Below are positions 48,449-58,571 of a stretch of DNA of 64,000 nt, in pieces; the first letter of the stretch is position 1, and every line of letters starts with the position of its first letter. A program made the translations under genes and the position numbers. The stretch is taken from assembly GCA_964588685.1 (NCBI GenBank), contig CAZPQG010000003.1, positions 36,179-100,178 on the forward strand, read 5' to 3'. This DNA comes from an uncultured Pseudomonadales bacterium (GTDB taxonomy: Bacteria > Patescibacteriota > Microgenomatia > UBA1400 > PJMF01). A model generated the notes under the pieces. It ran no database searches and was not told the origin of the DNA. It saw nothing but the letters and a program-made list of their open reading frames with translations.

Positions 48449-50077
48449 TTAATTAATTGTATTTGTTTGTGAGTCTGTGTTGTCTTCGCTGTCTGAAACT
48501 GTCAATAAAAATTCAAAATCCTCAATATTGCCACTGCGAGTACGCAAACTGTGGGTGCCGCTGGCTTCTTTACCACTAACGGAACTGGTTTCAGAGTCAA
48601 TCACTTCTTCATTTGTAAGCATTTGGCTCTCTACAGCAGCTAGGTCACCGTCTTTATCAGACACCGACCACTCGATGGTGGCTTTTACCCAAGCCGGATT
48701 GCTGTCATCAATAATATTAAAGTCTTCAATGACCGGAGCAGATTGTCCAGGGTCTTCCGTATCATCTCCATTTTCCTCATCATTCTCATCATTAGTATCT
48801 TGTTCATAATTAATAACTGCTGAAGCGTTAACAAGCCCGTGACCATATTGGTTAGCGTCACCAATGTTAATGGCAGTTTGATTCATGATATCTCTAACTT
48901 CCTGCGGCGAAAATACACCATGATAACTCATTGCCAAAGCAGCTGTTCCGGCTACATGGGGGGAAGCCATTGAAGTACCGCTGCCTTCCTTATAATAAGA
49001 GTCCGGATCTTCAGCAAAACTAAACGGCTGTGGGTCGGCATAACTGGTCTCAGAATTCCAAGTTGATAAGACTGAAACCCCGGGAGCAGCCAATTCTACA
49101 GCCGGGCCCGTGCTTGACCACTTTGGTCTTTTATTGTTCTTATCAATTGCAGCTACAGCCACCACCGATTCATATTTGGCCGGATAAATAACATTATCTC
49201 CCCTGCCGGCCGGGTTGCCAGAGTTGCCCGCAGCAGCAATGTGAAGCACTCCTTTTTCTGCAGCTGCATCAAAAGCATCCCTCACAGCACCGCTCTCGGT
49301 ACCGCGGCCATAACTATTATTAGTGATGCGAATAGGATTGTCTGAGTTTTCAACATTATAATCATTTACAATCCAATCTAAAGCTGCAATGGTGTTAGTT
49401 GAAGACCCCACTCCATCATCATTTAGAATCCTTAAAGCTATAAGCTGTACTTCAGGCCCAACACCAACCGCACCAAAATCATCCTTAACTGCCGCCACTG
49501 TGCCTGCTACGTGCGTGCCGTGTCCATAGACGTCCATCGGTTTATCGTCGTCTTCAACAAAATCATAACCCCATTCCTCTACCACAAAATTTCCGGCTAA
49601 ATCACGATGGTTATAATCAACGCCGGAATCTATCACTGCTACTTTGATACCCTTCCCTAAATATAGACCATCTCCTTCATCAAAGCCATGAACTTCACCA
49701 GCCTTAATGTGTTCAACACCCCAACTATTAGTTAATTCTGCTTCAGCAGTATAATCTACAGCATAAACCGGTAAATCTAATTCAACCGCTGTTACTCGCG
49801 GGCTACGGCTCAAAACATCCATTGCCTGCTGAGGCAAACTACCGGCAAAGGCAGGAATAATAGTAAAATCATGCTTGACTTTACCGCCTAAACTTTCAAA
49901 AAATGCTCGTTCTGCTTTACCGGGGTTACGATCAAAACTAACAATAACATCAAGTTTATTATTAACCTGTTTGTTATCAGCTTGTACTGATATACTCAAT
50001 ACTTGAGAAATTTTCGAACCTCCGGCTAAAGTTAAAGTTATTAATAAAAGAAAAAGGAATATTTTTTTTATTTTCAT
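48449..50077 (-). CDS. Secreted subtilisin-like serine peptidase (S8) with acidic C-terminal region
   Basis: 542 aa; signal peptide; 'VAVIDSGVDYNHRDL', 'HGTHVAGTVAA', 'GTSMASPHVAGTAAL'. Confidence 0.85.
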   Translation of the reverse strand: MKIKKIFLFLLLITLTLAGGSKISQVLSISVQADNKQVNNKLDVIVSFDRNPGKAERAFFESLGGKVKHDFTIIPAFAGSLPQQAMDVLSRSPRVTAVELDLPVYAVDYTAEAELTNSWGVEHIKAGEVHGFDEGDGLYLGKGIKVAVIDSGVDYNHRDLAGNFVVEEWGYDFVEDDDKPMDVYGHGTHVAGTVAAVKDDFGAVGVGPEVQLIALRILNDDGVGSSTNTIAALDWIVNDYNVENSDNPIRITNNSYGRGTESGAVRDAFDAAAEKGVLHIAAAGNSGNPAGRGDNVIYPAKYESVVAVAAIDKNNKRPKWSSTGPAVELAAPGVSVLSTWNSETSYADPQPFSFAEDPDSYYKEGSGTSMASPHVAGTAALAMSYHGVFSPQEVRDIMNQTAINIGDANQYGHGLVNASAVINYEQDTNDENDEENGDDTEDPGQSAPVIEDFNIIDDSNPAWVKATIEWSVSDKDGDLAAVESQMLTNEEVIDSETSSVSGKEASGTHSLRTRSGNIEDFEFLLTVSDSEDNTDSQTNTIN

Positions 50078-50362
50078 ATATATAAAATCTGCTGTGCTGT
50101 ATTTAATAAAATAATAAGATTAATGTTAGAGTTTCAAGCTTATTTTTAACCCGAAATATATTTATATACTAGCAAAATAACAGCGCCAAATAAAGCCGTT
50201 CAAAATTTAAAACTTCTATTACAATACTTCCTTATTTGGCAGCTGAATGCTTTTTTGATATATTAAGCTAGTATTATTTATATTTAAAATGATTAGTATC
50301 CGTTTATAAAAAAATCATTTAATATAAATTAATAATAATTAATTGCAAGTTATCAAGTTATA

Positions 50363-51613
50363 ATGAGTATTACTCCAGAAATCATTACCGCTGATAGTAT
50401 TACAGCTCCACAAGACTTAAGTGAAACTAACAGCCCGGAAGGAAAGTTCGAAAATCAAGACCAGCAAGAACCTGCTTCCTCAGAATCAGCTTTATTATCC
50501 TTAGAAGAATTTTCTTTTAATTTATTCAATTATCTTAGATCAATCACTGAAAATCCAGAATTAGTCCTTGACAGAATTTTTCAAGCAAAAGATTTGGAAT
50601 TAGCAGCCTGTTCCGGCAACCCAGATTTAGCCTGGTTAATTTCTAAAGAACTACAAAAAAAAGTTGATTTATTAATGAAAAGAGAAGCTGAAGCCGACTC
50701 AGTAACAGTTTTTCCTGATGGAGAAGTCCGACCTGTATATAATCCAGAAACTCAATTAAGAGGCAAACATGTAGTTATCATCCAATCATTTGCTCCTTCG
50801 TGGAAAGAAGGACAATCGAATATTAATGATCAAGTAGTAGAATTAATTTTAGCCAGTGAAGCAGCTAACAGAGCTTCTGCAGCTGAAATTACTGTTGTTA
50901 TGCCCTACATGGCTTATTCACGTTCAGACAAAAAAGATATGCCAAAGGGGACAATTGCCGCCAGCGCCCTTTTAAAGTCATACATGGCACAAGGTGTAGA
51001 TAGATTTGCAGCAGTTGATATTCATAAAGACCAAATCGCAGGTTTTGCTCCTATTTTCGATATTTTATATAGCAGCGAAGTATTTTTACCGCTAATCAAG
51101 GAAAAAATTGATATCAGTAAAGTGGTTTTTATAAGTCCGGATTCCGGATCAAGCAAAATGGTTGAAGCTTATTCTAATCGTATTTTAGGGCATGATGAAG
51201 TAGGAGTAATTCGTAAATCTAGAAGTGCTAATTCAGCTCAATCAGAAACTAAAGGGTATTCCGGACCGGATTTAAGTAACAAAATTGTAGTTTTTGTTGA
51301 TGATTTAATCAGCAGCGGCAGTACTGCTATTGACGCAGCTGCTTTAATAGCAAAAAAAGGTGTGTTGGTTGATGAATCCGGGCAGCCGCAAATTTATTTT
51401 ATTGCACCGCACGCTCAATTTATCGGCGATGCATTAAGCAAGTTTAAAGACTCTGCTTTTAAAGAAGTTTGGACCAGCAACACTATTCGACAGAGACCAG
51501 AGGTTTTTGACCCGGAAATAACGGGAGGTAAAATCGTTGTCTATAATTTAGCCCCATTCTTAGCTGAAAAAATCATGAATGTGCACACAGGCCGCCCTAT
51601 GGGAATCGACTAA
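50363..51613 (+). CDS. prs: Ribose-phosphate pyrophosphokinase (PRPP synthetase)-like protein with ~75-aa acidic N-terminal extension
   Basis: 416 aa; 'GKHVVIIQSF', 'YSRSDKKD', 'VFVDDLISSGSTA' PRPP-binding loop. Confidence 0.7.
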   Translation: MSITPEIITADSITAPQDLSETNSPEGKFENQDQQEPASSESALLSLEEFSFNLFNYLRSITENPELVLDRIFQAKDLELAACSGNPDLAWLISKELQKKVDLLMKREAEADSVTVFPDGEVRPVYNPETQLRGKHVVIIQSFAPSWKEGQSNINDQVVELILASEAANRASAAEITVVMPYMAYSRSDKKDMPKGTIAASALLKSYMAQGVDRFAAVDIHKDQIAGFAPIFDILYSSEVFLPLIKEKIDISKVVFISPDSGSSKMVEAYSNRILGHDEVGVIRKSRSANSAQSETKGYSGPDLSNKIVVFVDDLISSGSTAIDAAALIAKKGVLVDESGQPQIYFIAPHAQFIGDALSKFKDSAFKEVWTSNTIRQRPEVFDPEITGGKIVVYNLAPFLAEKIMNVHTGRPMGID

Positions 51614-51699
51614 CCCAAAGTTTGCGTTTTTGCTAAACTTTCATCTTTTGAAATAATTTCTTGTGCCAGCTGTGGGTGAAAGTCTGTAGTTGAAAATTT

Positions 51700-53037
51700 T
51701 TAAGTCTGAGCTAATAACCCATCAATGATTTTAGAAAGGCTTCGACCTTGTTCATCGTGTAATTGTTCCAATCGAGAACGAAAATTTGCTTCTAAATTTT
51801 TTCCTTGTTGCGTTAAACCGGCACTAATCAATGATCGACAAGCCTGTAAAACAAAAAGAATATTATACCTGCCAGAGGTATGAACATCCGTAAAAAAAGT
51901 AGCGCAGCTGGTCAAACCAGCTAAAGAAGAAGCTTTAGCCATCAAGAGATAATCATCAGGACTAGACTTCTGGTCTAAAAATTTACCCATAAAATAATAA
52001 GAAAAATTCTCAGCTAATAAATCCGGCCATCTAGGCAATTCGTTGTCTAAAATAGTATCAACTTCATTATTAAAGCTTCTCAGGGTGTGAATAAAGGGAG
52101 CTTTCCAGCTTTTATGTCCAGACCCACCGCATTCGCATTCTCCATTCCAGCGAACTAAATTGCCATGTGGGCAAGACCAAGCTGTACGCTCTTTTAGTTG
52201 AGCTTCTGGAATTTGCTCCAAATCAATTTGCTCCAAGGCTTGCTGCAACGAAACTGGATGGATATTTCGTTCAGGTAAACTGTTAAAAATCAACCAAGAT
52301 AAAAATAAATGAGCATAGCGATCATGGTGGCCAAATGTTTCACCATCTGTCCAAGTGATCATTGCAGCATCTTCGGGCAAACTTTTCAACCTGGGCACAA
52401 TAACATCATCGGCAAAACTATCAGCATTAGCTTTATCGCCAAAAGCAAATGCCGTTGAGACAGGCCTGTCAAAAGCGCAGGCCAAAATATGACCATCACT
52501 ACCGTTATTGCCTATTGGCAGCTTGACTATCTTGTTGTCAGCTGACAAGTTGCCATTTATGCTCAGCTGTTCTGGAGCGCAAATTACTCCTTGATAGCCT
52601 GCGTTTTTTGCATCGCGCAAAGTAGGTGTATCCAAAGCTGTCTCAGGCGGCCACAACCAACGCGGCCGTCGGCCACAGTCGCGATAAAATTCATTGCTGC
52701 CAGCTTTCAATAAAAGTTCTCTATCTCTTTGGTTGAGGTCAGGCAAAATAGGATGAAGCCACGGATCTCCTACCCCCCGCTCTTTCATAGCCTGTTTAAT
52801 TTCTTCTGATTGATCTGGACTTAGCTTTATCTGAGCTCTCAATACTCCGTAAAAATCAAATGCTGTTTTGTTTAAAAGGCCTCCTTCTATCTGTGGACCA
52901 TAACACTGATCTGTGATAATTTCATTCCAATCAACAGCACCGGGATGAACCTCAATTCCGGATAAATCCTCGTGAGAAGCAGACCGTGGCGGTTGATAGA
53001 AGTGCTCCCCAAAAGTCACTCTTCGCTCTACACTCAT
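51700..53037 (-). CDS. Glycoside hydrolase family 57-like protein (alpha-glucan-active)
   Basis: 445 aa; N-terminal 'FGEHFYQPPR' resembles GH57 'HxHQP'; 'RWLWPPETALD' resembles GH57 'WLPE(C/T)A'. Confidence 0.45.
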   Translation of the reverse strand: MSVERRVTFGEHFYQPPRSASHEDLSGIEVHPGAVDWNEIITDQCYGPQIEGGLLNKTAFDFYGVLRAQIKLSPDQSEEIKQAMKERGVGDPWLHPILPDLNQRDRELLLKAGSNEFYRDCGRRPRWLWPPETALDTPTLRDAKNAGYQGVICAPEQLSINGNLSADNKIVKLPIGNNGSDGHILACAFDRPVSTAFAFGDKANADSFADDVIVPRLKSLPEDAAMITWTDGETFGHHDRYAHLFLSWLIFNSLPERNIHPVSLQQALEQIDLEQIPEAQLKERTAWSCPHGNLVRWNGECECGGSGHKSWKAPFIHTLRSFNNEVDTILDNELPRWPDLLAENFSYYFMGKFLDQKSSPDDYLLMAKASSLAGLTSCATFFTDVHTSGRYNILFVLQACRSLISAGLTQQGKNLEANFRSRLEQLHDEQGRSLSKIIDGLLAQT

Positions 53038-53413
53038 AGTTGATTAATTTGCACAATTATTATTTAGTCCTTTATTTAAAAAGTCTTTATACTGTTAACA
53101 AGCAATATATATGTGTGCTAAGACTATAGGCAGAGAAAAATTTACTGCAGTCATAAATATAAAAACAATTCCTGTAAAAAATATTAGAGTTTTAACTATG
53201 CTATTAATATCCATAAAAAAATTTAAATAGCAGATAAAATAATTAAGTTTAACTTTCAAGATTATGTTAAACTTGAAAGAGGATATTATAATTAATACTA
53301 ACAGTCTAAAATTAAATTGTGTAAAGGAAAATTAAACAAACTAAACATTCAGTTTTATTTGATTTTTATTTGAATTAACTTTTGCCGACAATACTAAATA
53401 TTTAAATTAAAAT

Positions 53414-54535
53414 ATGGACAAAGAAGAACTGACTCAAAAAGATATACCTCATACAAACATTGAAAAGCCTTCTGCAAACTTTAATAAAATTATACTTATT
53501 CTACTGATATTCTTAACTCTTTTATCGAGCTGTGCAGCAGCTTATTTTGCTTACCAAAACTTTCAATTAAGACAAAAGCGGTTTCATCTCTCCCAATCTA
53601 CCCCTGCACTTATTCCAACACCCGCACTAACCCCGATCCAAAAAGCTTCGCAAACTGCTGATATTAGGCAGTCTCCATTAGTGTTTATTAAAGAAGGACA
53701 AATATTTTTATTAAAAGGACTTGATAGTGAACCATTGCTGATAGATGAAGGCAGCGCTCTCTCCTTATCAAATGACCAAACCAAAATCGCTTATGTAAAA
53801 ATGGACAAAGACAACAATATTTATATTTACAATAAATCAACAAAAGAAAAGAAAACTATAATCACAAGTGAAGAAAGGTTGAGAGCTGTTGAGTGGTCTC
53901 CAAATGATAGATATTTAATTACCGATTCAGGCACCGGCACTGCAGGTAGAGGGGCAATATATGAATACCCCTCCGGTAAAAAAATTTCAACTTTTTCGAT
54001 ACTTGTTGATAGACTTCAATGGCTAAATAATAACGAATTTATTTATGTTGAGGCTCAAGAAGTCAGCCCTTTAAGACCGTTTGGATTTGGCTTTGGTTCC
54101 GGCTTAGCAAAAATCTCGCTGCCAAGCGGCTCGAAAAAAATCTTGGCTCAAGCTAACACCTTAAATGATTATAGTCTTTTAAAGGTAGAAAATGAAAAAA
54201 TTTATTTTTCAAAAAGAACCGTTGACGACAATGATATGTGGAAAATACATGATCAAATAGTAAAAACATACTGGAAAATGAGTGCTGATGGAGCTGAAAA
54301 AAATGAAATTAGCGAACCTGAAACGTTAGAGGATGAAATCTTAAGCTTAATTCCACAAGAATACTCAGACTATCGACTTTCTTCTCTTGACAGAAATAAT
54401 AATTTAACGAACTGGATTGTTTTTAGGTTAAATAGCGGCGACTCTATCTCTGAATCCCTTATCTGTATTATTAATACTGAAGATCCTCAAAATACCTTTG
54501 AACAAATAGCGGTCGGCACACATCCTAACTGGTAA
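53414..54535 (+). CDS. Hypothetical membrane-anchored protein with TolB/PD40-like beta-propeller repeats
   Basis: 373 aa; N-terminal TM, repeated 'xSPDGxxIAY'-like segments ('DQTKIAYVK', 'WSPNDRYLI'). Confidence 0.35.
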   Translation: MDKEELTQKDIPHTNIEKPSANFNKIILILLIFLTLLSSCAAAYFAYQNFQLRQKRFHLSQSTPALIPTPALTPIQKASQTADIRQSPLVFIKEGQIFLLKGLDSEPLLIDEGSALSLSNDQTKIAYVKMDKDNNIYIYNKSTKEKKTIITSEERLRAVEWSPNDRYLITDSGTGTAGRGAIYEYPSGKKISTFSILVDRLQWLNNNEFIYVEAQEVSPLRPFGFGFGSGLAKISLPSGSKKILAQANTLNDYSLLKVENEKIYFSKRTVDDNDMWKIHDQIVKTYWKMSADGAEKNEISEPETLEDEILSLIPQEYSDYRLSSLDRNNNLTNWIVFRLNSGDSISESLICIINTEDPQNTFEQIAVGTHPNW

Positions 54536-54671
54536 GCTATGCAACATTGACATCAGCTGCATATACACCTAACTGACTTTCTATATAACTTGAATTATTT
54601 ATAGAGCTTTCATATACTAAATTCAGATTTTGTTAAGACAATTTAATTAATAAAGTTAATAAAAGGCTTTT

Positions 54672-55235
54672 ATGAAAAAAATAACAATAATTTTTGCCAT
54701 AGTTATTCTTACTTTCGCTGTTGGAGGGTGGTATTTTCTTTCTGAACAAGAAGAGGTTGAGGAGACTCCTTTTTTTGAAAATATGGAAGTAGCTGAACAA
54801 AAAGTGAGGGAGAGGGAAGCAGAAGTTGAGACAGAGACAAAAGAGCAGGAAAACCCCTATGTGACAGCTCAAACTGTAGAGCCGATTGAAGAAGATAATA
54901 TTACAATGCACAAAGATTTTGGCGCAGTGTTAAGAGAAGTCTTTGGGGAAGAGCCAAAACTTGTCGAAACAGGAGGAATCACTAGACTCTCTTATATAGT
55001 TAATAGAGTAATTACAACTGATGATGTAATGGAGGCAAAAAATCTTTTAGCTGAAAAAGGTTATGAGCTTCAAGATTCCAGCACTAAAGAAGATAGATAT
55101 GAAATAAACCTCTCTGTCTCAGAGGATGTATTGGAAGAAAAATACAATGGAGATGTGGGAGGGAGCATGTATATTAACTTCTGGACTGCCGAGGAGGGAG
55201 AAGAGATGCAAAGAGTTGTGATTAAAACATTATAA
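54672..55235 (+). CDS. Hypothetical membrane-anchored acidic protein
   Basis: 187 aa; N-terminal TM, Glu-rich. Confidence 0.35.
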   Translation: MKKITIIFAIVILTFAVGGWYFLSEQEEVEETPFFENMEVAEQKVREREAEVETETKEQENPYVTAQTVEPIEEDNITMHKDFGAVLREVFGEEPKLVETGGITRLSYIVNRVITTDDVMEAKNLLAEKGYELQDSSTKEDRYEINLSVSEDVLEEKYNGDVGGSMYINFWTAEEGEEMQRVVIKTL

Positions 55236-55604
55236 AGGACACGTTACTTAGGATTTTTAGTAAGCCCCGATTTTTATAGTCGCAGTTTTTTCTCTCCGTT
55301 ACCCTGAAAATTTTTTGAAGGGACAAAATTATATTTCCTCCATCAAAGAAAGCTAATACATTTTATTATTTCGATATAGTAACGAACAAAGCACATTTTA
55401 TATTTGTCAAGCACTGAGCGCTTCAAATATTTCAACCCTGAGCCTCGTCCAAAGGGCGATGATCCTCTGGGCCATGCCGAAGGAGCTTATATTGAACTCG
55501 CCGAAATACTTGTCCTGAGTCTGTCGGGAATATCCAGAATATGTAGCGAGGGAAAGCAATAACTTGAGTTTATAAATAACAACTATCCCAAGGGCAAGAT
55601 TTTA

Positions 55605-56390
55605 CTACTTAAAGGCTGAAAAAGTAATACTTACTGTGTAATCTTTCAAAAAACCCGGGCTTGTTTTATGAATTGTAATATCAGCAAAACCAACCTTTTT
55701 AAGCAAATTCAAATAGTCTTCTTTCAAAATAGCCCCAGCAACACAGCCGCTGAGCAATTCTTCATCATTTTTCAATTTGTCAGGCAAAGGTTTGGTTAAC
55801 ACCACATCAGAAACCATTAGCCTTCCACCCGCTTTTAAAACTCGATATGCTTCCTTAAATACCTTTTCTTTATCTGGAGCTAAATTGATAACGCAGTTGC
55901 TAATAATTACATCAACTGAATTATCATCTAACGGTAAATCTTCTATGTCGCCTTTTTTGAATTCAATATTAGTGTAATTATCTTTTTGGGCGTTTTCTCT
56001 TGCTTTTTCAAGCATTTCATCTGTCATATCAACCCCGATCACTTTGCCAGTCTCGCCAACTTTCTTTGCCGCCAGAAAAGCGTCAAAACCAGCTCCACAG
56101 CCTAAATCAAGCACCGTTTCCCCTTCTTTTAGCGAAGCAATTGCTACCGGATTGCCACAACCCAAACCAAGATTAGAATCACTGGGAGCTTGACTTATTT
56201 CATCTTGTGAGTATCCCATTTGGTTTGTTTGTTTTTGAGTATTCTGGTTAGACTCACAATCACAACTTCCACACCCGCAACTGCTAGAAGACCGGGCTAT
56301 TTTAGCGTAGGAGTTTTTAACAACCTCTTTAATATCGTCAGTTTTACTCATAGTAATTTTATCTAATAGGCCTAACAAAGGCTGTTTCAA
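55605..56390 (-). CDS. arsM: Arsenite S-adenosylmethionine methyltransferase (ArsM/AS3MT-like)
   Basis: 261 aa; Cys-rich N-terminus '[12 protein letters not shown]', '[13 protein letters not shown]' SAM motif, C-terminal 'LSGCVAGA'. Confidence 0.7.
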   Translation of the reverse strand: MKQPLLGLLDKITMSKTDDIKEVVKNSYAKIARSSSSCGCGSCDCESNQNTQKQTNQMGYSQDEISQAPSDSNLGLGCGNPVAIASLKEGETVLDLGCGAGFDAFLAAKKVGETGKVIGVDMTDEMLEKARENAQKDNYTNIEFKKGDIEDLPLDDNSVDVIISNCVINLAPDKEKVFKEAYRVLKAGGRLMVSDVVLTKPLPDKLKNDEELLSGCVAGAILKEDYLNLLKKVGFADITIHKTSPGFLKDYTVSITFSAFK

Positions 56391-56391
56391 G

Positions 56392-56586
56392 TTATTTTGA
56401 TTTCTTTTGCGAAACCATACTTATGATTGCAAAAATAAAAAAGGCCAGTCCAAACCAGACATGAGCATGAACGATAAATTGATACTGGGGCCGATTTCCA
56501 CTTAAATAGTTTACAAAAAGAGGAATGGTTGAAAGGAGGGTGCCGACAAAAGAGACCTTTCTTCCAATTTCTATAATTTTTTTCAT
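56392..56586 (-). CDS. Small hypothetical membrane protein (2 TM) immediately upstream of arsM
   Basis: 64 aa, hydrophobic; stop abuts the arsM start. Confidence 0.3.
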   Translation of the reverse strand: MKKIIEIGRKVSFVGTLLSTIPLFVNYLSGNRPQYQFIVHAHVWFGLAFFIFAIISMVSQKKSK

Positions 56587-56708
56587 TATATTATTTAAAT
56601 TGTATTACGATACACCTTAACGCGCAATATTTATCCCCATATTGCAAATACGTCAAACAAATGCAACAACTATTAAGCCTCCAGTAAATGGAGCCGATTA
56701 GTTATTCA

Positions 56709-56954
56709 TTAGTTCATTAATAGTCTGCCAATAAAAACCACAAGTAATGCGCCCGCTACTGCTACCGCAAAAGACGTTAAGTTAAATCCAGTTACTCCAA
56801 CTGCAAAAAACTTTTGGCCTAGATAGCCTCCTACTACTGCCCCAACAATTCCCAAGACGATTGATCCTACAATTCCTCCTTTTGAGCTGGGTACAATAAA
56901 ATTAGCAATAGTTCCTGCGATAAGTCCAAAAATAATCCAATAGATGATAGTCAT
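56709..56954 (-). CDS. GlsB/YeaQ/YmgE-family (transglycosylase-associated) small stress membrane protein
   Basis: 81 aa; Gly-rich TM pattern 'GIVGSIVLGIVGAVVGGYLG'. Confidence 0.65.
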   Translation of the reverse strand: MTIIYWIIFGLIAGTIANFIVPSSKGGIVGSIVLGIVGAVVGGYLGQKFFAVGVTGFNLTSFAVAVAGALLVVFIGRLLMN

Positions 56955-57005
56955 ATTTACCTCCTTTCCATGACCTGTATCCTCAAACTAAACACAACAA
57001 ACAAA

Positions 57006-57404
57006 TTAATTAGTTTGTTGTCTTTCGCCGGAGAATATTTTTATTAATTGAACAATTCCCCAAGCCAGTATCGCATATACAATAATTGCGACCAGCGTTG
57101 AGGGCTCAAGAATCGAAGTTGTTTCAACTCCTTGAATATATTCCCTTTGGAAGATTCCTTCAAAAGGAAGAATAAAGATTCCTGTTAAACCATATATCAA
57201 ACCAACAAAACCACTAGCCATACTTGCTCCAGTCAATTTAAGGATTAGACGGAAGGCTAATAGTATCTCCAATGCTCCCAAAAAGAAATAAATTAAATAT
57301 TCTATGGTTTGAGAACTGGTTGCCACTCTTTTAGTTTCAGTGGTCACTGCTTCCCTTGGTCCCTCATTTTGGGTTGTTGTAGTTTCTTTTGTAATTTCTG
57401 CCAT
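57006..57404 (-). CDS. Small integral membrane protein, possibly YggT-family
   Basis: 132 aa; 'IEYLIYFFLGALEILLAFRLILKL' resembles the YggT repeat. Confidence 0.35.
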   Translation of the reverse strand: MAEITKETTTTQNEGPREAVTTETKRVATSSQTIEYLIYFFLGALEILLAFRLILKLTGASMASGFVGLIYGLTGIFILPFEGIFQREYIQGVETTSILEPSTLVAIIVYAILAWGIVQLIKIFSGERQQTN

Positions 57405-57425
57405 ATTTTTCTCCTTTTTTTATTT

Positions 57426-58010
57426 TTATGTTACTATTTCTGTCGTACTTAATTTTTTAAGTTTGGCGATAAGTTCTTCCTTGCTGTAACTAGAAGTATC
57501 TATTTGTTTATCTTCAAACATCCTTAATCCCTCGATGATTCTTCGGACAAATATTGCTTCTTTGGTTCTCAAATTTCCTACTCTTATTTCATTTTCTTCG
57601 TAAGTTTCTGAGATGATTGCCAGTTGTGAAAATAGAAAAGTTGTATTAATAAATATGTTGGAGATATTTCTTATGTCTACACTATGTACTTCGGAAGAAA
57701 GCAAGTGACGGTCGATTATCGTAACTCTTGTATCTTCGACATTAATGGTATTGGGGAAAGGATCAAAGGGAAATGCATGAGAAGATATGCTCACTAATAT
57801 TCTATTAGATTTTTTAACTAGGTCTGCAACAGTTTCGTTTTCCAATCTCTGTTGTTTATCTGCAATCTGACTCTCTTCTTTGATTTGTCTTTCCCGAGAG
57901 GGAAGACTGTCTCGAATTTTATCAAGTAAACCATTCACCTCGCGCTGAGTATAAAGCTTTTCCGGATAAATATTACCATCCTTTTTTTTGTTATTTGTTT
58001 TAATTTTCAT
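57426..58010 (-). CDS. Hypothetical protein
   Basis: 194 aa; no recognisable motif; lies downstream of the RHH gene. Confidence 0.35.
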   Translation of the reverse strand: MKIKTNNKKKDGNIYPEKLYTQREVNGLLDKIRDSLPSRERQIKEESQIADKQQRLENETVADLVKKSNRILVSISSHAFPFDPFPNTINVEDTRVTIIDRHLLSSEVHSVDIRNISNIFINTTFLFSQLAIISETYEENEIRVGNLRTKEAIFVRRIIEGLRMFEDKQIDTSSYSKEELIAKLKKLSTTEIVT

Positions 58011-58085
58011 ATTTGGGTGGATGATAAAAATTTGCTATCATTTGGATTTTTGATAAAAAAAATTATTTTATTTAAATTAGATTTT

Positions 58086-58304
58086 TTATCTGTTTTTTTT
58101 CCTGCTTGCTACTTCAGTATAAGAATCAGCATCCATTCTTACCTCAGCTTTTTTAATTACTGTTTCTTTTGGTAAATACTCTATTAAAGCCTTTTTTACA
58201 AGTGTAGATAAACTAAGATCATCAACTATAGCCTGAGCTTTAGCTTGTTTGGCAATTTTAGGGTTAAGAAAAAGAGTAACACGCTGCTTGTTTTTGTTTG
58301 ACAT
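58086..58304 (-). CDS. Ribbon-helix-helix (CopG/Arc/MetJ-like) DNA-binding protein; antitoxin-like
   Basis: 72 aa; 'RVTLFLNPKIAKQAKAQAIVDDLSLSTLVKKALIEYL' beta-strand plus two-helix RHH pattern. Confidence 0.5.
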   Translation of the reverse strand: MSNKNKQRVTLFLNPKIAKQAKAQAIVDDLSLSTLVKKALIEYLPKETVIKKAEVRMDADSYTEVASRKKNR

Positions 58305-58571
58305 AATTTAATACTACAAGTTATTCAAGTAGTTGTCAAGGTACAAGTTAAAAGTAATTGCATTAAGCGTGGTTAAAAATATTTGGATAACAAGAGAAAA
58401 CTTTTTTGGGCTCTAAAAAATTGTTTCGTCTGGTGAATAAAATTAAAACCAACTTTATCGCTTGTCTTTCAACAAGCCTAAATAATTGAGCATTAAACGA
58501 CACTTCTATCATCCTCATAAACAGCAACTTTTCTACCGCTAGAACAATTCTCTTTCTGTGATATAGTAAAA

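Noticed and set aside
55380-55557. 57-codon open frame in the GC-enriched spacer as a small protein gene
   Set aside because: No in-frame ATG/GTG with an RBS-like sequence, and no recognisable motif; more likely ncRNA or gene relic.
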